NCBI GenBank assembly: GCA_963704725.1
Contig: OY969934.1
Location: 1,536,001-1,600,000, forward strand
From: an uncultured Actinomycetes bacterium
GTDB lineage: Bacteria; Actinomycetota; UBA4738; HRBIN12
Direction of reading: 5' to 3'
Length of the DNA stretch: 64,000 nt
Shown here one piece after another: positions 21,972-34,292 of the stretch. The first letter of the stretch is position 1. Each line of letters starts with the position of its first letter. The notes beneath the pieces are model-generated. The model searched no databases. It had not been told where the DNA came from and was given only the letters and a program-made list of their open reading frames with translations. Both the position numbers and the translations under genes were made by a program.

Positions 21972-22478
21972 GTGCGCCGAACGATCCTGCTCATCGTCGT
22001 CGTGCTCACGGCCCTGCTCCTGCAGACGACCGTGTTCGCCGACGTCCGCCTGTGGGGCGCGAAGCCCGAGCTGATGTATCTGCTCACGATCGTGTTCGGG
22101 CTGCTGGAGGGCCCGGCCTCCGGCGCGGCGACGGGGTTCGCCGGCGGCATGGCGCAGGACTTCCTGCTGAACACGCCGAAGGGCATCACGGCGCTCACGC
22201 TGACCCTCCTCGGCTACGCGATCGGAACGGCCCGCCAGTACATCGTGAGCCCGTCGCCCGTGCTGCCGGTGGTGCTGGTGGCGACGGGGACGTTCGGCGG
22301 CGTCGTGTTCTACGGCGTCGTGTCCTTCCTGCTCGGGCAGCTCGACACGACGTGGGCGTACCTGATCCGCGTCGCGGCGCTCTCGGCCGCGTACAACGCG
22401 ATCCTCACGCCGCTCGTGTATCCCATCCTGCGACGGGCCGCCGAGGGCTCTCGCTCGCACCGGGTGTTCCGATGGTGA
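21972..22478 (+). CDS. mreD: Rod shape-determining protein MreD
   Basis: Multi-TM protein with KPEL and GFAGGMAQD; lies between mreC and mrdA. Confidence 0.88.
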   Translation: MRRTILLIVVVLTALLLQTTVFADVRLWGAKPELMYLLTIVFGLLEGPASGAATGFAGGMAQDFLLNTPKGITALTLTLLGYAIGTARQYIVSPSPVLPVVLVATGTFGGVVFYGVVSFLLGQLDTTWAYLIRVAALSAAYNAILTPLVYPILRRAAEGSRSHRVFRW

Positions 22479-22485
22479 GGCGGCG

Positions 22486-24483
22486 GTGACGGAGGGAAGA
22501 ACCGGCCTTCGGCTGAAGGTGCTCGCGAGCCTCGTCGTGGCGATGTTCCTCGCGCTGTCCACGCGGCTGTGGTTCCTCCAAGTCCTCGCGGCGGAGCAGA
22601 ACCTGCGGGAGGTGAACAACCAGGCGGTCCGGCTGGTCGACACGCCGGCCCTCCGCGGGCGCATCCTGGACGCGTCGGGGACGCCGCTCGTGACCAGCCG
22701 GCTGAGCCTCGTGCTCACGATCAACCGGGACGCCGTCGGGGACCGGGAGGAGGACGTCCTGTATCGGCTGTCCCAGCTCCTCGACGTCTCTGCCTCCGAG
22801 CTCGGTGCGAGGCTCGACCGGGGGAGCACGCTGTACTACTCCTTCTCTCCCATCCCCGTGGCCATCGACGTGCCGGAGAAGGTCGTCGACTACGTCGCCG
22901 AGCACTCGAGCGAGTTCCCCGGCGTCGAGGTGCAGGAGCTCCCCGTTCGGGACTACCCGCTGGGCAATGCCGCGGCCCACGTGCTCGGTTACCTCGGGCA
23001 GATCTCCCCGGAAAAGCTCGCGTCCCCCGCCTTCGCCGGCTACTCGGCGGGGGACCTCGTCGGCGTCTCGGGCGTGGAGTCGGTCTATGAGCACGACCTG
23101 GCCGGAACGCCCGGACTCGTCAAGTACCAGGTCAACGCGACGGGGGACACGCTGCAGACACTCGGGACGCAGCCGTCGATCCCGGGGAACGACGTGTTCT
23201 TGACGCTGGACGCCGACACGCAGGTGCTCGCGGAGGAGAGTCTGCGGATCGGGATGCAGCACGCGAGGACGATCCTCGACGACTCGTCCGGGTCGCTGCG
23301 GTACCTCGCCGCCAACGCGGGCGCCGTCGTCGTCATGAACCCGGAGGACGGCGCGATCGAGGCGATGGCCTCGTCGCCGACGTTCCAGCCCTCGCTGTTC
23401 ACTCGCAGCATGTCGACCGAGGAGTACGAGCGACGCTTCGGGCCGCACAGCGGGTCCCCGCTGCTGAACCGTGCCATCACCGGCCAGTACCCGCCGGGGT
23501 CGACCTACAAGCCGTGGATCGCGCTCTCCGCCCTGCAGCGGGGCCGGGCCACCACGGACCAGTCGTTCGGCTGCCCGAGCACGTGGATCGCGCCGTTCAA
23601 CGAGGACGACCCGAACGCCCAGCAGTTCTCGTTCCACAACTGGACCACCGCGAACCTCGGCTTCATGAACCTGGCGCGGGCGCTGGCCGTCTCGTGCGAC
23701 ACGATCTTCTATCCCCTCGGCTACTCGTACTGGGACGACTACTTCGTGAACGCCGACGAGCAGGCCCACGGCGTCGTGACCAGAGAGCCGCTGCAGCGCG
23801 ACCTCGGCGCGCTCGGGTTCGGACGCCTGAGCCACGTCGACCTCCCCGGCGAAGCCACGGGGCGGGTGCCGACCGCGGAGTGGAAGGACGAGTTCCACCG
23901 CAACAACCCGCGGGCCTTCCCCGAGGGCGAGTGGTTCCCGGGCGATCTGATCAACATGTCGATCGGGCAGGGGGACACGCTCGTGACCCCGCTGCAGCTC
24001 GCGACCGCGTACTCGGGCCTCATGGAGGACGGGCGCGAGTGCACGCCGCACGTCCTCGATCACGTCGCGGAGAGGGACACGGAGGCAACCATCCGGTCCT
24101 ACCGGTCGCGTTGCCATCAGGTGGGCGCGATCGATCCCTCGTACTTCACGTACGTGAAGGACGCGCTCACCGGGACCATTCGGAACGCGGGCGGGACCGC
24201 GACGAGCGCCTTCAGCGGCTTCCCCTTCTCGCAGGTCTGGGTGGCGGGCAAGACGGGAACCGCCCAGGTCCTGGGGACCCCGCCCAAGCAGGACTACTCG
24301 TGGTTCGCCGCCATGACCGAGGCGGGGGGAGAGCAGCACGTCATCGTGGTGCTCGTCGAGCAGGGGGGCCACGGGTCGACGACGGCGGCGCCGATCGCTC
24401 GCCGCATCATCGAGGGTCTGTACGGGATCGACTTCTCCGGGGTCGGTTTGGGCGGCGCGACCAGCCTGGAGGGCACGGACTAA
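22486..24483 (+). CDS. mrdA: Penicillin-binding protein 2
   Basis: RLWFLQV, RGRILD, YPPGSTYK (SxxK), SCD, SIGQGD, KTGTAQ. Confidence 0.93.
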   Translation: MTEGRTGLRLKVLASLVVAMFLALSTRLWFLQVLAAEQNLREVNNQAVRLVDTPALRGRILDASGTPLVTSRLSLVLTINRDAVGDREEDVLYRLSQLLDVSASELGARLDRGSTLYYSFSPIPVAIDVPEKVVDYVAEHSSEFPGVEVQELPVRDYPLGNAAAHVLGYLGQISPEKLASPAFAGYSAGDLVGVSGVESVYEHDLAGTPGLVKYQVNATGDTLQTLGTQPSIPGNDVFLTLDADTQVLAEESLRIGMQHARTILDDSSGSLRYLAANAGAVVVMNPEDGAIEAMASSPTFQPSLFTRSMSTEEYERRFGPHSGSPLLNRAITGQYPPGSTYKPWIALSALQRGRATTDQSFGCPSTWIAPFNEDDPNAQQFSFHNWTTANLGFMNLARALAVSCDTIFYPLGYSYWDDYFVNADEQAHGVVTREPLQRDLGALGFGRLSHVDLPGEATGRVPTAEWKDEFHRNNPRAFPEGEWFPGDLINMSIGQGDTLVTPLQLATAYSGLMEDGRECTPHVLDHVAERDTEATIRSYRSRCHQVGAIDPSYFTYVKDALTGTIRNAGGTATSAFSGFPFSQVWVAGKTGTAQVLGTPPKQDYSWFAAMTEAGGEQHVIVVLVEQGGHGSTTAAPIARRIIEGLYGIDFSGVGLGGATSLEGTD

Positions 24484-25619
24484 TGGACCTCGTCGCCGGC
24501 AAGGCCTATCCGCTCGAGCGCCGTCCGAGCCGCCACGTCGACCCCGTCCTGATCCTGGCCGTGCTGGCGCTCGCGATCATCGGCCTGTTCGCGATCTACT
24601 CGTCGACCCACGTGTCGCTCGAGGCCGTCCGGCTGGACCCCGGGCGGTTCGTCAAGCGGCAGGTGACGTTCCTCGCCCTCGGCGCCGTGGTCGTCATGGC
24701 GGCGGCGAGCTTCGACTACCGGTTCCTGAAGGTGTACGCCGGCCTGATCTACGCGTCGTCGATCCTCCTGTTGCTGCTCGTCCGCACGCCGCTCGGCACG
24801 ACGGTGAAGGGATCGCAGCGGTGGTTCGAGCTCTTCGGGTTCCAGCTCGCGCCGTCCGAGATCGCCAAGCTCGCGCTGATCGGCATGCTGGCCGCGCTGC
24901 TGTCGGAGATCCGGGGCGACCTGACCCTGCAGGACGTGTTCCGGGCGACGTGGCTCGCGGCGTTGCCGGCGGTGCTCGTGTTCTTGCAGCCGGACCTCGG
25001 CACGTCGATCGTGTTCGCGGCGATCCTGGTGGGGATCCTCGTGGTGGCCGGCGCGCGGCCCCGGCACCTCGCGGTGCTCGGCATCACGGCCGCCGTGCTG
25101 ATCTTCGCCGGGTTCCAGGTGGGGCTGGTGAAGGAGTACCAGCTCGAGCGGATCCGGGCGTTCCTCGACCCGGCCACCGTGAGCCCCGACGTCCGGCACA
25201 ACCGCGACCAGGCCGAGATGGCCATCGGGTCGGGCGGTCTCCTCGGCCGGGGGTACCTGAACGGCACGCAGACGAACCTCGACTTCGTCCCCGAGCAGCA
25301 CACGGACTTCATCTTCACGGTCGTCGGCGAGGAGTTCGGCTTCGTCGGCGCGATGACGCTGCTCGGCCTGTACGCGATCGTGGTGTGGCGGGCCTTCCGC
25401 ATCGCCACGATCGCCAAGGACGCGTTCGGCACGTACCTGGCGGCGGGGATCGCGTCGATGCTCGCGCTGCAGATGTTCGTGAACGTGGGGATGACGATCG
25501 GCATCATGCCGATCACCGGGATCCCCTTACCGTTCGTCTCCTACGGCGGCAGCTCGCTGCTGATCAGCTGTGCCGCGATCGGGATCCTGCTCAACGTGCA
25601 CATGCGCCGCCTGACCTGA
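24483..25619 (+). CDS. rodA: SEDS glycosyltransferase RodA
   Basis: GSQRW, PSEIAK, LQPDLGT, AIGSGG, PEQHTDFIF, GEEFG, PITGIPLPFVSYGGSS. Confidence 0.93.
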   Translation: MDLVAGKAYPLERRPSRHVDPVLILAVLALAIIGLFAIYSSTHVSLEAVRLDPGRFVKRQVTFLALGAVVVMAAASFDYRFLKVYAGLIYASSILLLLLVRTPLGTTVKGSQRWFELFGFQLAPSEIAKLALIGMLAALLSEIRGDLTLQDVFRATWLAALPAVLVFLQPDLGTSIVFAAILVGILVVAGARPRHLAVLGITAAVLIFAGFQVGLVKEYQLERIRAFLDPATVSPDVRHNRDQAEMAIGSGGLLGRGYLNGTQTNLDFVPEQHTDFIFTVVGEEFGFVGAMTLLGLYAIVVWRAFRIATIAKDAFGTYLAAGIASMLALQMFVNVGMTIGIMPITGIPLPFVSYGGSSLLISCAAIGILLNVHMRRLT

Positions 25620-25633
25620 GCGGCGGCGGACGC

Positions 25634-26803
25634 TCAGTCGGTCTCGAGCGCGATCGTCCACAGGAACGTCGAGCCCTCGGGCCCCGAGGTCTCGATGACG
25701 ACGTCCCCGTCCATGGCGCGCGCCGCGGTTCGGGCCAGCGCCAGCCCCATCCCGGTTCCCTGGTGGACCCGGACGTTGAGATCCTCGAGCTGCTCGAACA
25801 GGCCGAAGATCCGCTCGCGCTCGTGGTCCGAGATCCCGCCGCCCCGGTCGCTCACGCGCACCTCGATCCGGCCGAGGCCGAGCGTGACCTCGACCTCGAC
25901 CGGCGTGCCGTCGCCGGAGAAGCGCAGCGCGTTGTCCACGAGCTCCTCGAGCACGCGGCGGGCGACGGCGCGGTTGAGGTGCGCGGGGGGGAGCGGCTCG
26001 TTCGAAACGATGTTCACGCGAGCGTTGGCGTCGGCGACCTCGATCGCGACCTCGGCGACGTCCACCTGCTCGGTGAGCCCGGCGTCCGCGGTGAGCTCGA
26101 ACCGCTCGACCAGCCGGGCCATGTCCTTGGCCCGTGCCACCAGCCGCTCCAGGAGCTCGGCCTCCTGGTCGGGGGTGACCCGTCCCTTGGCCAGGGTCTG
26201 CGCGACGCCCAGGATCACCGTCACCGGTGTGCGCAGCTCGTGCGAGAGCCGCGCCACGAGGTCGTGCCGGCGGGCGGCTCTTTCGACGAGCGCCTCCTGC
26301 GCCGCCTCGAGCTCGCGCGTGCGGCGCCGCTCGCGCTCGAGGGCCTCGGTGAGGTCCTCGATCACCCGGGGGGTCACCGCCGGCGAGAGCACGGCGCCGC
26401 CCTCCGCCGCCTTCACCACCGCGTTCAAGATGTCGTCGCCGTCGGAGTCCTTGAGCACGTAGCCCGAGGCGCCGGCGACCAGCATCTCGCGCACGATGTC
26501 CTGATCCTCGTGACCCGAGAGCGCCACGACCCCGATCTCCGGGAAGCGCTCCTTCAGCATGCGGGTCGCCTCGATCCCGTCCATGACGGGCATGCGCACG
26601 TCCATCAGCACGACGTCCGGCTGGAGCGTGGGGACGAGGTCGAGGGCCTCCACGCCGGAGCACGCCTCGCCGATCACGACCAGGTCGGCCACGTCCAGGA
26701 GCGACAGGAGCGACTCGCGGAACCCCGCGTTGTCGTCGACGACCAGGACTCGGATCTGCCGCGTGCGTGCGGCATGGGAAAGGACGGCCCGGTCCATGGC
26801 CAT
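25634..26803 (-). CDS. Hybrid receiver-histidine kinase (NarL-type REC + HisKA + HATPase)
   Basis: VLVVDD, VLMDVRMP, GASGYVLKD; SHELRTP; LVDNALRF, DRGGGI, GTGMGL. Confidence 0.9.
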   Translation of the reverse strand: MAMDRAVLSHAARTRQIRVLVVDDNAGFRESLLSLLDVADLVVIGEACSGVEALDLVPTLQPDVVLMDVRMPVMDGIEATRMLKERFPEIGVVALSGHEDQDIVREMLVAGASGYVLKDSDGDDILNAVVKAAEGGAVLSPAVTPRVIEDLTEALERERRRTRELEAAQEALVERAARRHDLVARLSHELRTPVTVILGVAQTLAKGRVTPDQEAELLERLVARAKDMARLVERFELTADAGLTEQVDVAEVAIEVADANARVNIVSNEPLPPAHLNRAVARRVLEELVDNALRFSGDGTPVEVEVTLGLGRIEVRVSDRGGGISDHERERIFGLFEQLEDLNVRVHQGTGMGLALARTAARAMDGDVVIETSGPEGSTFLWTIALETD

Positions 26804-27313
26804 CCGAGTCTGGCGCGGCACCCCGCCGGCGGGAATCGGGCGGCCGCCCGTTTCTCCCGGTGCGCGAGCCGACAACCCTCTAGCCGGAACGGACTAGTGC
26901 AAAGTGCTCCCCCGCTCAGTCCTCGGACCGAGGCGGACGAAAAGTCGACCGCGGTGGGTGAATCCGGGCTGCCGGGCTGCCGAATCGCTTATCCTGAAGA
27001 CAAGCTTTCCTGCCGGCGCGCGGCCAATGGGGCCGCGAGAACGCGCGGCGAGGCATGAGAGGCGAGGCCACGGCCCCGCGCCCCCGGTCAGAGGTCCGGG
27101 TGGACGCAGGCGGCCGGCCCGCCGGGGACAGGGTTTCCGCGTGCGCGATGGAGCGCCGCAGGGGCCCGGCGAACCAACGGTCGCCGCGCCCGTGCGCATC
27201 GAGGATCACACCGGCGATGCCGCCGCGTGTGCCATCGCACGCCGATCGGCCGCCGCACGCGAGGCCACTCCCCGGCTCCGGCGATCGTCTCCCGGAGTTC
27301 GAAGGGAGCATCC

Positions 27314-29371
<2,058 letters not shown>

Positions 29372-29403
29372 GGCCCCTCGGGGCCGCGAACGAGGAGGAA
29401 ACG

Positions 29404-29802
29404 ATGTACGCGGTGATCCGGACGGGCGGCAAGCAGCTGAAGGTGAAGCCCGGCGACGTCGTCGAGGTCGAGTACCTCCACCCCGGCGGCGACACGGTGA
29501 CGCTGCAGCCCCTGCTGGTCGTCGACGACGACGGCAAGACCCACGTCGGCAAGGAGATCGAGCGGGCGGTGGTCACGGCCAAGCTGCTCGGCGAGCAGAA
29601 GGGCGAGAAGGTCAACGTCTTCAAGTACAAGAACAAGACGGGGTACGCCCGCAAGCAGGGCCACCGGCAGCTCCAGACCCTGATCGAGATCGCCGAGATC
29701 AAGCTCCCGGCCAGGCGAGCCGCCGCGAAGAAGGACGCCGCGGAGGCGGCGGCGCCGGCCGAGACCGCGGAGCCCGAGGCGGCGGAGCCCGAGGCCGGCT
29801 GA
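29404..29802 (+). CDS. rplU: 50S ribosomal protein L21 with Ala/Glu-rich tail
   Basis: [31 protein letters not shown]. Confidence 0.95.
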   Translation: MYAVIRTGGKQLKVKPGDVVEVEYLHPGGDTVTLQPLLVVDDDGKTHVGKEIERAVVTAKLLGEQKGEKVNVFKYKNKTGYARKQGHRQLQTLIEIAEIKLPARRAAAKKDAAEAAAPAETAEPEAAEPEAG

Positions 29803-29831
29803 CCGGTCCCGTCTGCTACCCTCGACGGGTC

Positions 29832-30086
29832 ATGGCGCACAAGAAGGGCGGCGGCTCCTCACGCAACGGCCGGGACTCCGAGTCCAAGCGGCTCGGGGTG
29901 AAGGCGTTCGGCGGTCAGGAGCTGAGCGCGGGCTCGATCATCATCCGGCAGCGGGGGACGAAGATCCATCCCGGTCGGGGGGTCGGCAAGGGCGGGGACG
30001 ACACACTGTTCGCCACCGTCAGCGGGACCCTGCGGTTCCACGAGTCCCGCGGCCGGCGGTTCGCTTCGGTCGACGCCCCGGAGTAG
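29832..30086 (+). CDS. rpmA: 50S ribosomal protein L27
   Basis: [36 protein letters not shown]. Confidence 0.97.
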   Translation: MAHKKGGGSSRNGRDSESKRLGVKAFGGQELSAGSIIIRQRGTKIHPGRGVGKGGDDTLFATVSGTLRFHESRGRRFASVDAPE

Positions 30087-30518
30087 TCAGGCCCGGGTCG
30101 CCGCGACGGCGGTCTTCACCTGTCGCTCCCACTCACGCAGGAGGGCCTTCTTCTCGCGGTTCCACGTCCCCAGGTAGCTCACGTTCTCGCGCCGGATCTT
30201 CCGCTTGGCGTTGCGGACGAACGGACCGAACGTCGGCCGGGGCGGGGCCTCGGGTCGCGTCAGGGCCGGCGGCTGCACGAAGTAGAAGGCCGTCTTCCTG
30301 GGGCCCTCGGGCGTCTCCCGGACGATCATCAGCACCGGCGACCCGCGGAGCCGCCGGATCCGGGTCACCTCGCGCAGCGGGTAGCGGCGCTCGGGGAGCT
30401 GGTCGTCGCGCGGCGTGAACACGAGCGCCTCGCTCGCGAGCGCAAGCGAGCCGCGGATCTCCTGGAGCGAGGAGTGGTTCCCGAGCTCCACGGTCCACAC
30501 GCTGATGGGGGCGGGCAC
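30087..30518 (-). CDS. Hypothetical protein, possibly PH-like fold
   Basis: Fills the rpmA-obgE gap; beta-rich pattern (GSLAL...LVFTP...YPLREV) ending in a WERQVK helix. Confidence 0.55.
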   Translation of the reverse strand: MPAPISVWTVELGNHSSLQEIRGSLALASEALVFTPRDDQLPERRYPLREVTRIRRLRGSPVLMIVRETPEGPRKTAFYFVQPPALTRPEAPPRPTFGPFVRNAKRKIRRENVSYLGTWNREKKALLREWERQVKTAVAATRA

Positions 30519-30559
30519 GGCCCCATGATGCCCCGAGGCTCCGGTTTTTCGCCACAATC

Positions 30560-31822
30560 ATGACCATGGCCTTCGTCGACGAGGTGACGGTGATCGCGCG
30601 GGGCGGCCGTGGAGGGGACGGCTCGTCCGCGCTCCTGCGCGAGCCCTTCAAGCCGCGGGGTGGACCGGACGGCGGGGACGGTGGCCGAGGAGGGAACGTG
30701 GTGTTCGAGGTCTCCTCGGGCGTGCGCGACCTCTCGTGGCTGGCCGACCATCCCCACCAGCGGGCGGGCCCGGGAGCCGCAGGCGGCAAGAGCAAGCGCA
30801 CGGGCGCCGAGGGGGAGGACCTGGTCATCCGGGTCCCGGACGGCACGCGCGTCGAGGACGAGGAGGGGCTGCTCGCCGATCTCGTCGGCGAGGGCTCCCG
30901 GGCCGTCGTGGCGCGCGGCGGCCGGGGGGGCCGCGGGAACGCCTCGATCTCCACCGCGCGCAACCGCGCTCCCCGGGCCGCGGAGGCCGGGGAGCCCGGC
31001 GAGGAGCTCCGGCTGGCCGTGGAGCTCCGCATCGTCGCCGATCTCGGCCTGGTCGGCCTGCCGAACGCCGGCAAGTCCACGCTCCTGGCGGCGCTCACGG
31101 CCGCCCGGCCGAAGATCGCCGACTACCCCTTCACCACGCTCACGCCGAACCTCGGCGTCGCCGAGGACGAGGGCCGGCGCCTCGTCGTGGCCGACATCCC
31201 CGGGCTGATCGGCGGCGCGAGCGAGGGGCGGGGCCTGGGTCACCGGTTCCTGCGGCACGTGACGCGGTGTCGGGCACTCGTGCTCGTCGTCGACCTGGCC
31301 GCCGAGGATCCCTCTCGCGACCTCGGGATCCTCAGAGACGAGCTCGGCGCGTACGACTCGGCGCTGCTGGCGCGGCCCTCGATCGTCGTGGCCACCAAGG
31401 TCGATCTCGTGCCGGACGCGGACGCGCAGTCGACGCTCGGAGCCGGCGCGCTCCGGGTCTCGGCCATGAGCGGTGAGGGTCTCGACGGGCTCCGGCGAGC
31501 CCTGACCGAGCTGTCCGCGCGCGCCGTGGCGGCGGCGGAGGAGCGACGTCCGTACGTCGTGCTGCGGCCGGCCCGCCCGCGATTCACGGTGACGCGCGAG
31601 GGTGATCGCTTCCGGGTCGTCGGCCGCGGCGTGGAGCGCTTGGTCGCCGAGAGCGACCTCGACGATCCCCGGACCCTGGCCCGCCTGCAGCGGCGGCTGG
31701 TGAAGGAGGGGGTCGAGCGCCAGCTCACCGCCGCCGGCGCCCGCCGCGGCGACGAGGTCGTGATCGGCGCGGTCGCCTTCGAGTTCCTGCCGGGGGAGGA
31801 GATCGGCGACGGGACGGCGTGA
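30560..31822 (+). CDS. obgE: GTPase ObgE/CgtA
   Basis: FVDEV, GGPDGGDGGRGG, GLPNAGKST, ADYPFTTL, DIPG, TKVD; C-terminal DUF1967-like region. Confidence 0.95.
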   Translation: MTMAFVDEVTVIARGGRGGDGSSALLREPFKPRGGPDGGDGGRGGNVVFEVSSGVRDLSWLADHPHQRAGPGAAGGKSKRTGAEGEDLVIRVPDGTRVEDEEGLLADLVGEGSRAVVARGGRGGRGNASISTARNRAPRAAEAGEPGEELRLAVELRIVADLGLVGLPNAGKSTLLAALTAARPKIADYPFTTLTPNLGVAEDEGRRLVVADIPGLIGGASEGRGLGHRFLRHVTRCRALVLVVDLAAEDPSRDLGILRDELGAYDSALLARPSIVVATKVDLVPDADAQSTLGAGALRVSAMSGEGLDGLRRALTELSARAVAAAEERRPYVVLRPARPRFTVTREGDRFRVVGRGVERLVAESDLDDPRTLARLQRRLVKEGVERQLTAAGARRGDEVVIGAVAFEFLPGEEIGDGTA

Positions 31823-32291
31823 GGGGCTCCTGCGCCGCGAGTCCGAGGGGTGGCGGGCGCTCGAGCGGCGACTCGAGGGCCTGACGCCGGAGCAGCTCGA
31901 GCGAGCCGGCCTGACCCCGGACGGCTGGTCGATCGCGGGTCTGCTGTGGCACCTGGCCGTCTGGTGCGATGAGGCCGCCCGGGTGCTCGGCGAGATCCGG
32001 GCGGGTGTGTGGGACGGTCGGTCACTCGAGACCGGCAAGGTCGACCGGATGAACCGGGTGGCGCTCGAGCGCTCTCGGGGGACCGACCCGGAGCGCGCCC
32101 TGGCCGCCTGGCGCGACGCCAGGACCAGGATGCTGGAGGCGTTCGGGTCCCTGCCGGAGGTCTCGCCGGAGACGGGCGAGTGGTTCGACGAGTCGGGTCC
32201 GGCGCACTACGCCGAGCACCGGACGGCGCTCGCGGAGTGGGCGACGCGGGTGCGCGCCGAAATCCCCGGCCCCGGCGGGGGCCGGCCGTAG
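31809..32291 (+). CDS. DinB/maleylpyruvate-isomerase N-terminal-like four-helix bundle protein; probable non-canonical ACG start
   Basis: Frame open from 31764. [28 protein letters not shown]...MN...HYAEH are DinB-superfamily hallmarks. GGAGGAG lies 7 nt before ACG 31809. Confidence 0.7.
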   Translation, partial: TGRREGLLRRESEGWRALERRLEGLTPEQLERAGLTPDGWSIAGLLWHLAVWCDEAARVLGEIRAGVWDGRSLETGKVDRMNRVALERSRGTDPERALAAWRDARTRMLEAFGSLPEVSPETGEWFDESGPAHYAEHRTALAEWATRVRAEIPGPGGGRP

Positions 32292-32301
32292 GATTCGTCC
32301 C

Positions 32302-32895
32302 GTGGGACGACGTCTCGGCGTGATGGGCGGCACCTTCGACCCGATCCACTACGGCCACCTCGTGACCGCGGAGGAGGCCCTGGTCCAGTTCTCCCTGGAC
32401 GAGGTGGTCTTCGTCCCCACCGGGCAGCCCTGGATGAAGGAGGGGCGGGAGGTCTCGCCGGCTGAGGATCGATACCTCATGACCGTGATCGCGACCGCGA
32501 GCAACCCGAGGTTCCGCGTCTCGCGGGTCGAGATCGACCGCGAGGGGCCCACGTACACGGTCGACACGCTGCGCATGCTCGGCGCCGAGAACCCCGACGC
32601 CGAGCTCTACTTCATCACCGGCGCGGACGCCATGTTCGAGATCTTCGACTGGAAGGATCCGGACGAGGTGCTGATGCTCGCCCACTTCATCGCCGCGACC
32701 CGGCCCGGGTACGACATCCGGCGGTTCGAGACCCGCGCCGCGGCTCGACAGCCCGACGTGAGCGCGATGAACATCCCCGCGCTCGCGATCAGCTCGACCG
32801 ACGTCCGGGCGCGCGTCCGGGAGGGGCGGCCGATCCGGTACCTGCTCCCGGAGGGCGTGAAGAGCTACGTGGAGAAGGCGGGCCTGTACCGATGA
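32302..32895 (+). CDS. nadD: Nicotinate-nucleotide adenylyltransferase
   Basis: [31 protein letters not shown]. Confidence 0.95.
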   Translation: MGRRLGVMGGTFDPIHYGHLVTAEEALVQFSLDEVVFVPTGQPWMKEGREVSPAEDRYLMTVIATASNPRFRVSRVEIDREGPTYTVDTLRMLGAENPDAELYFITGADAMFEIFDWKDPDEVLMLAHFIAATRPGYDIRRFETRAAARQPDVSAMNIPALAISSTDVRARVREGRPIRYLLPEGVKSYVEKAGLYR

Positions 32896-33866
32896 CGCGA
32901 CGACCCGCGCTCGTGCTCGCGGTGGTGGTCCTGCTCGGCGCGGCGTCGGCCGGGGCGATCGTGCTCACCCGCGACCGGGGCGGGGCGGCCACCGTCCCGC
33001 CCACCGAGGGCCACGCCGAGGGCCTGACGCTCCTCGTGGCGCGAACGCCCGGCGGTCCGTTCGGCGTCGTGATCGGCTCGACCGGCGCCGAGGACGGGGC
33101 CCTCGTGATCCCATCGCAGGCCCGGGTGACGATCCCGGGGCAGGGCGACGGCACGGTCGAGGACGCATTCGACCTCCCGCCCGAGCAAGCCGCGATCACG
33201 GTGGCCAATCTGCTCGGCGTGGGGATCGACCACCAGGCGGTGCTGACCCGCGATCGCCTCGTCGCCGTCGTGGATCGCGCCGGCGGCATCGTCGTGGGGA
33301 GCGACCGGCTGAGCGGGGAGCAGGCGGCGGGGATGCTCGCCGACGCCGGCGACGGCGGCACGACCGCGTTCCAGCTCGTCGTGACCGGGCTGCTGCAGTC
33401 CACGGTGGTCTGGCAACCGGATGACTTCGCGAAGTCCGATTCCGCGGAGGACGTCCGCCGGGCTCTCACGGCCGCCGGCGGCGCGCAGGTCGCCTCGCTG
33501 CCGGTGACCGAGGCCGCCACGAACGTGTTCCAGGCCGACCCGGAGACCGTGCGGCGGGCCCTGGTCGACGTGTTCGGCGGGCCGGACCGGGTGGTCGTCG
33601 ACGTCATCGTGCTGAACGGCAGCGGCGTCCCCGGGATCGGCGAGCTCGTCGCGGACCGGATCGTGCCCGGGGGCTTCCGCATCGTCGTCTCGCAGAACGC
33701 CGCCAACTTCAACCACGACGAGACGCTCGTCGTGGTGGGATCGGCCGACGACGTCGCTCTGGGCGAGCGTGTGCGAGACTTGTTGGGAACGGGAAGCGTG
33801 AACGTGTCCGTCGCGTCGGGGATCGCTCCCGTGACGATCGTGGTGGGGAAGGACTTCGCAGGTTGA
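32892..33866 (+). CDS. LytR/CpsA/Psr-like envelope protein with LytR_C domain (degenerate LCP domain)
   Basis: N-terminal TM; C-terminal [13 protein letters not shown]...NA...TIVVGKDF. Confidence 0.7.
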   Translation: MTRRPALVLAVVVLLGAASAGAIVLTRDRGGAATVPPTEGHAEGLTLLVARTPGGPFGVVIGSTGAEDGALVIPSQARVTIPGQGDGTVEDAFDLPPEQAAITVANLLGVGIDHQAVLTRDRLVAVVDRAGGIVVGSDRLSGEQAAGMLADAGDGGTTAFQLVVTGLLQSTVVWQPDDFAKSDSAEDVRRALTAAGGAQVASLPVTEAATNVFQADPETVRRALVDVFGGPDRVVVDVIVLNGSGVPGIGELVADRIVPGGFRIVVSQNAANFNHDETLVVVGSADDVALGERVRDLLGTGSVNVSVASGIAPVTIVVGKDFAG

Positions 33867-33884
33867 TCGAAACCGAAGGACGGC

Positions 33885-34283
33885 GTGCCGGGTAGGGCCG
33901 AGGGCTCACAGGAGAGCCAGGAGGTCGCGCTCGCGGCGGCTCGAGCCGCCGCCGCCAAGCAGGCCGAGGACATCGCGATCCTCGACGTGCATGGCCTGAT
34001 CGTCATCACCGACTACTTCGTGATCTGCTCGGGCGGCACCGAGCGGCAGGTCAAGACGATCGTCGAAGAGGTCGAGCGGGCGCTACGGGACCTCGATCGC
34101 AAACCGCTGCGCCGCGAGGGCGAGACCGAGGCCCGCTGGGTGCTGCTCGACTACGTCGACGTCGTCGTGCACGTCTTCGCGGAAGAGGAACGCGACTACT
34201 ACGACCTCGAACGCCTGTGGCGCGACGCCCCGCGCGTCGAGCTCGACGAGCGCGGGCAGGCCGCGGCCGGTTCGCTAGACTGA
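33885..34283 (+). CDS. rsfS: Ribosome silencing factor
   Basis: KQAEDIAILDV, TDYFVICSG, WVLLDYVDVVVHVF, YDLERLW. Confidence 0.95.
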   Translation: MPGRAEGSQESQEVALAAARAAAAKQAEDIAILDVHGLIVITDYFVICSGGTERQVKTIVEEVERALRDLDRKPLRREGETEARWVLLDYVDVVVHVFAEEERDYYDLERLWRDAPRVELDERGQAAAGSLD

Positions 34284-34292
34284 GGCTCCCGC

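Noticed and set aside
26921-26946. AGTCC...GGACGAAA resembling hammerhead ribozyme stem II
   Set aside because: The required CTGANGA core reads CCGCTCA, and stems I and III are not evident.
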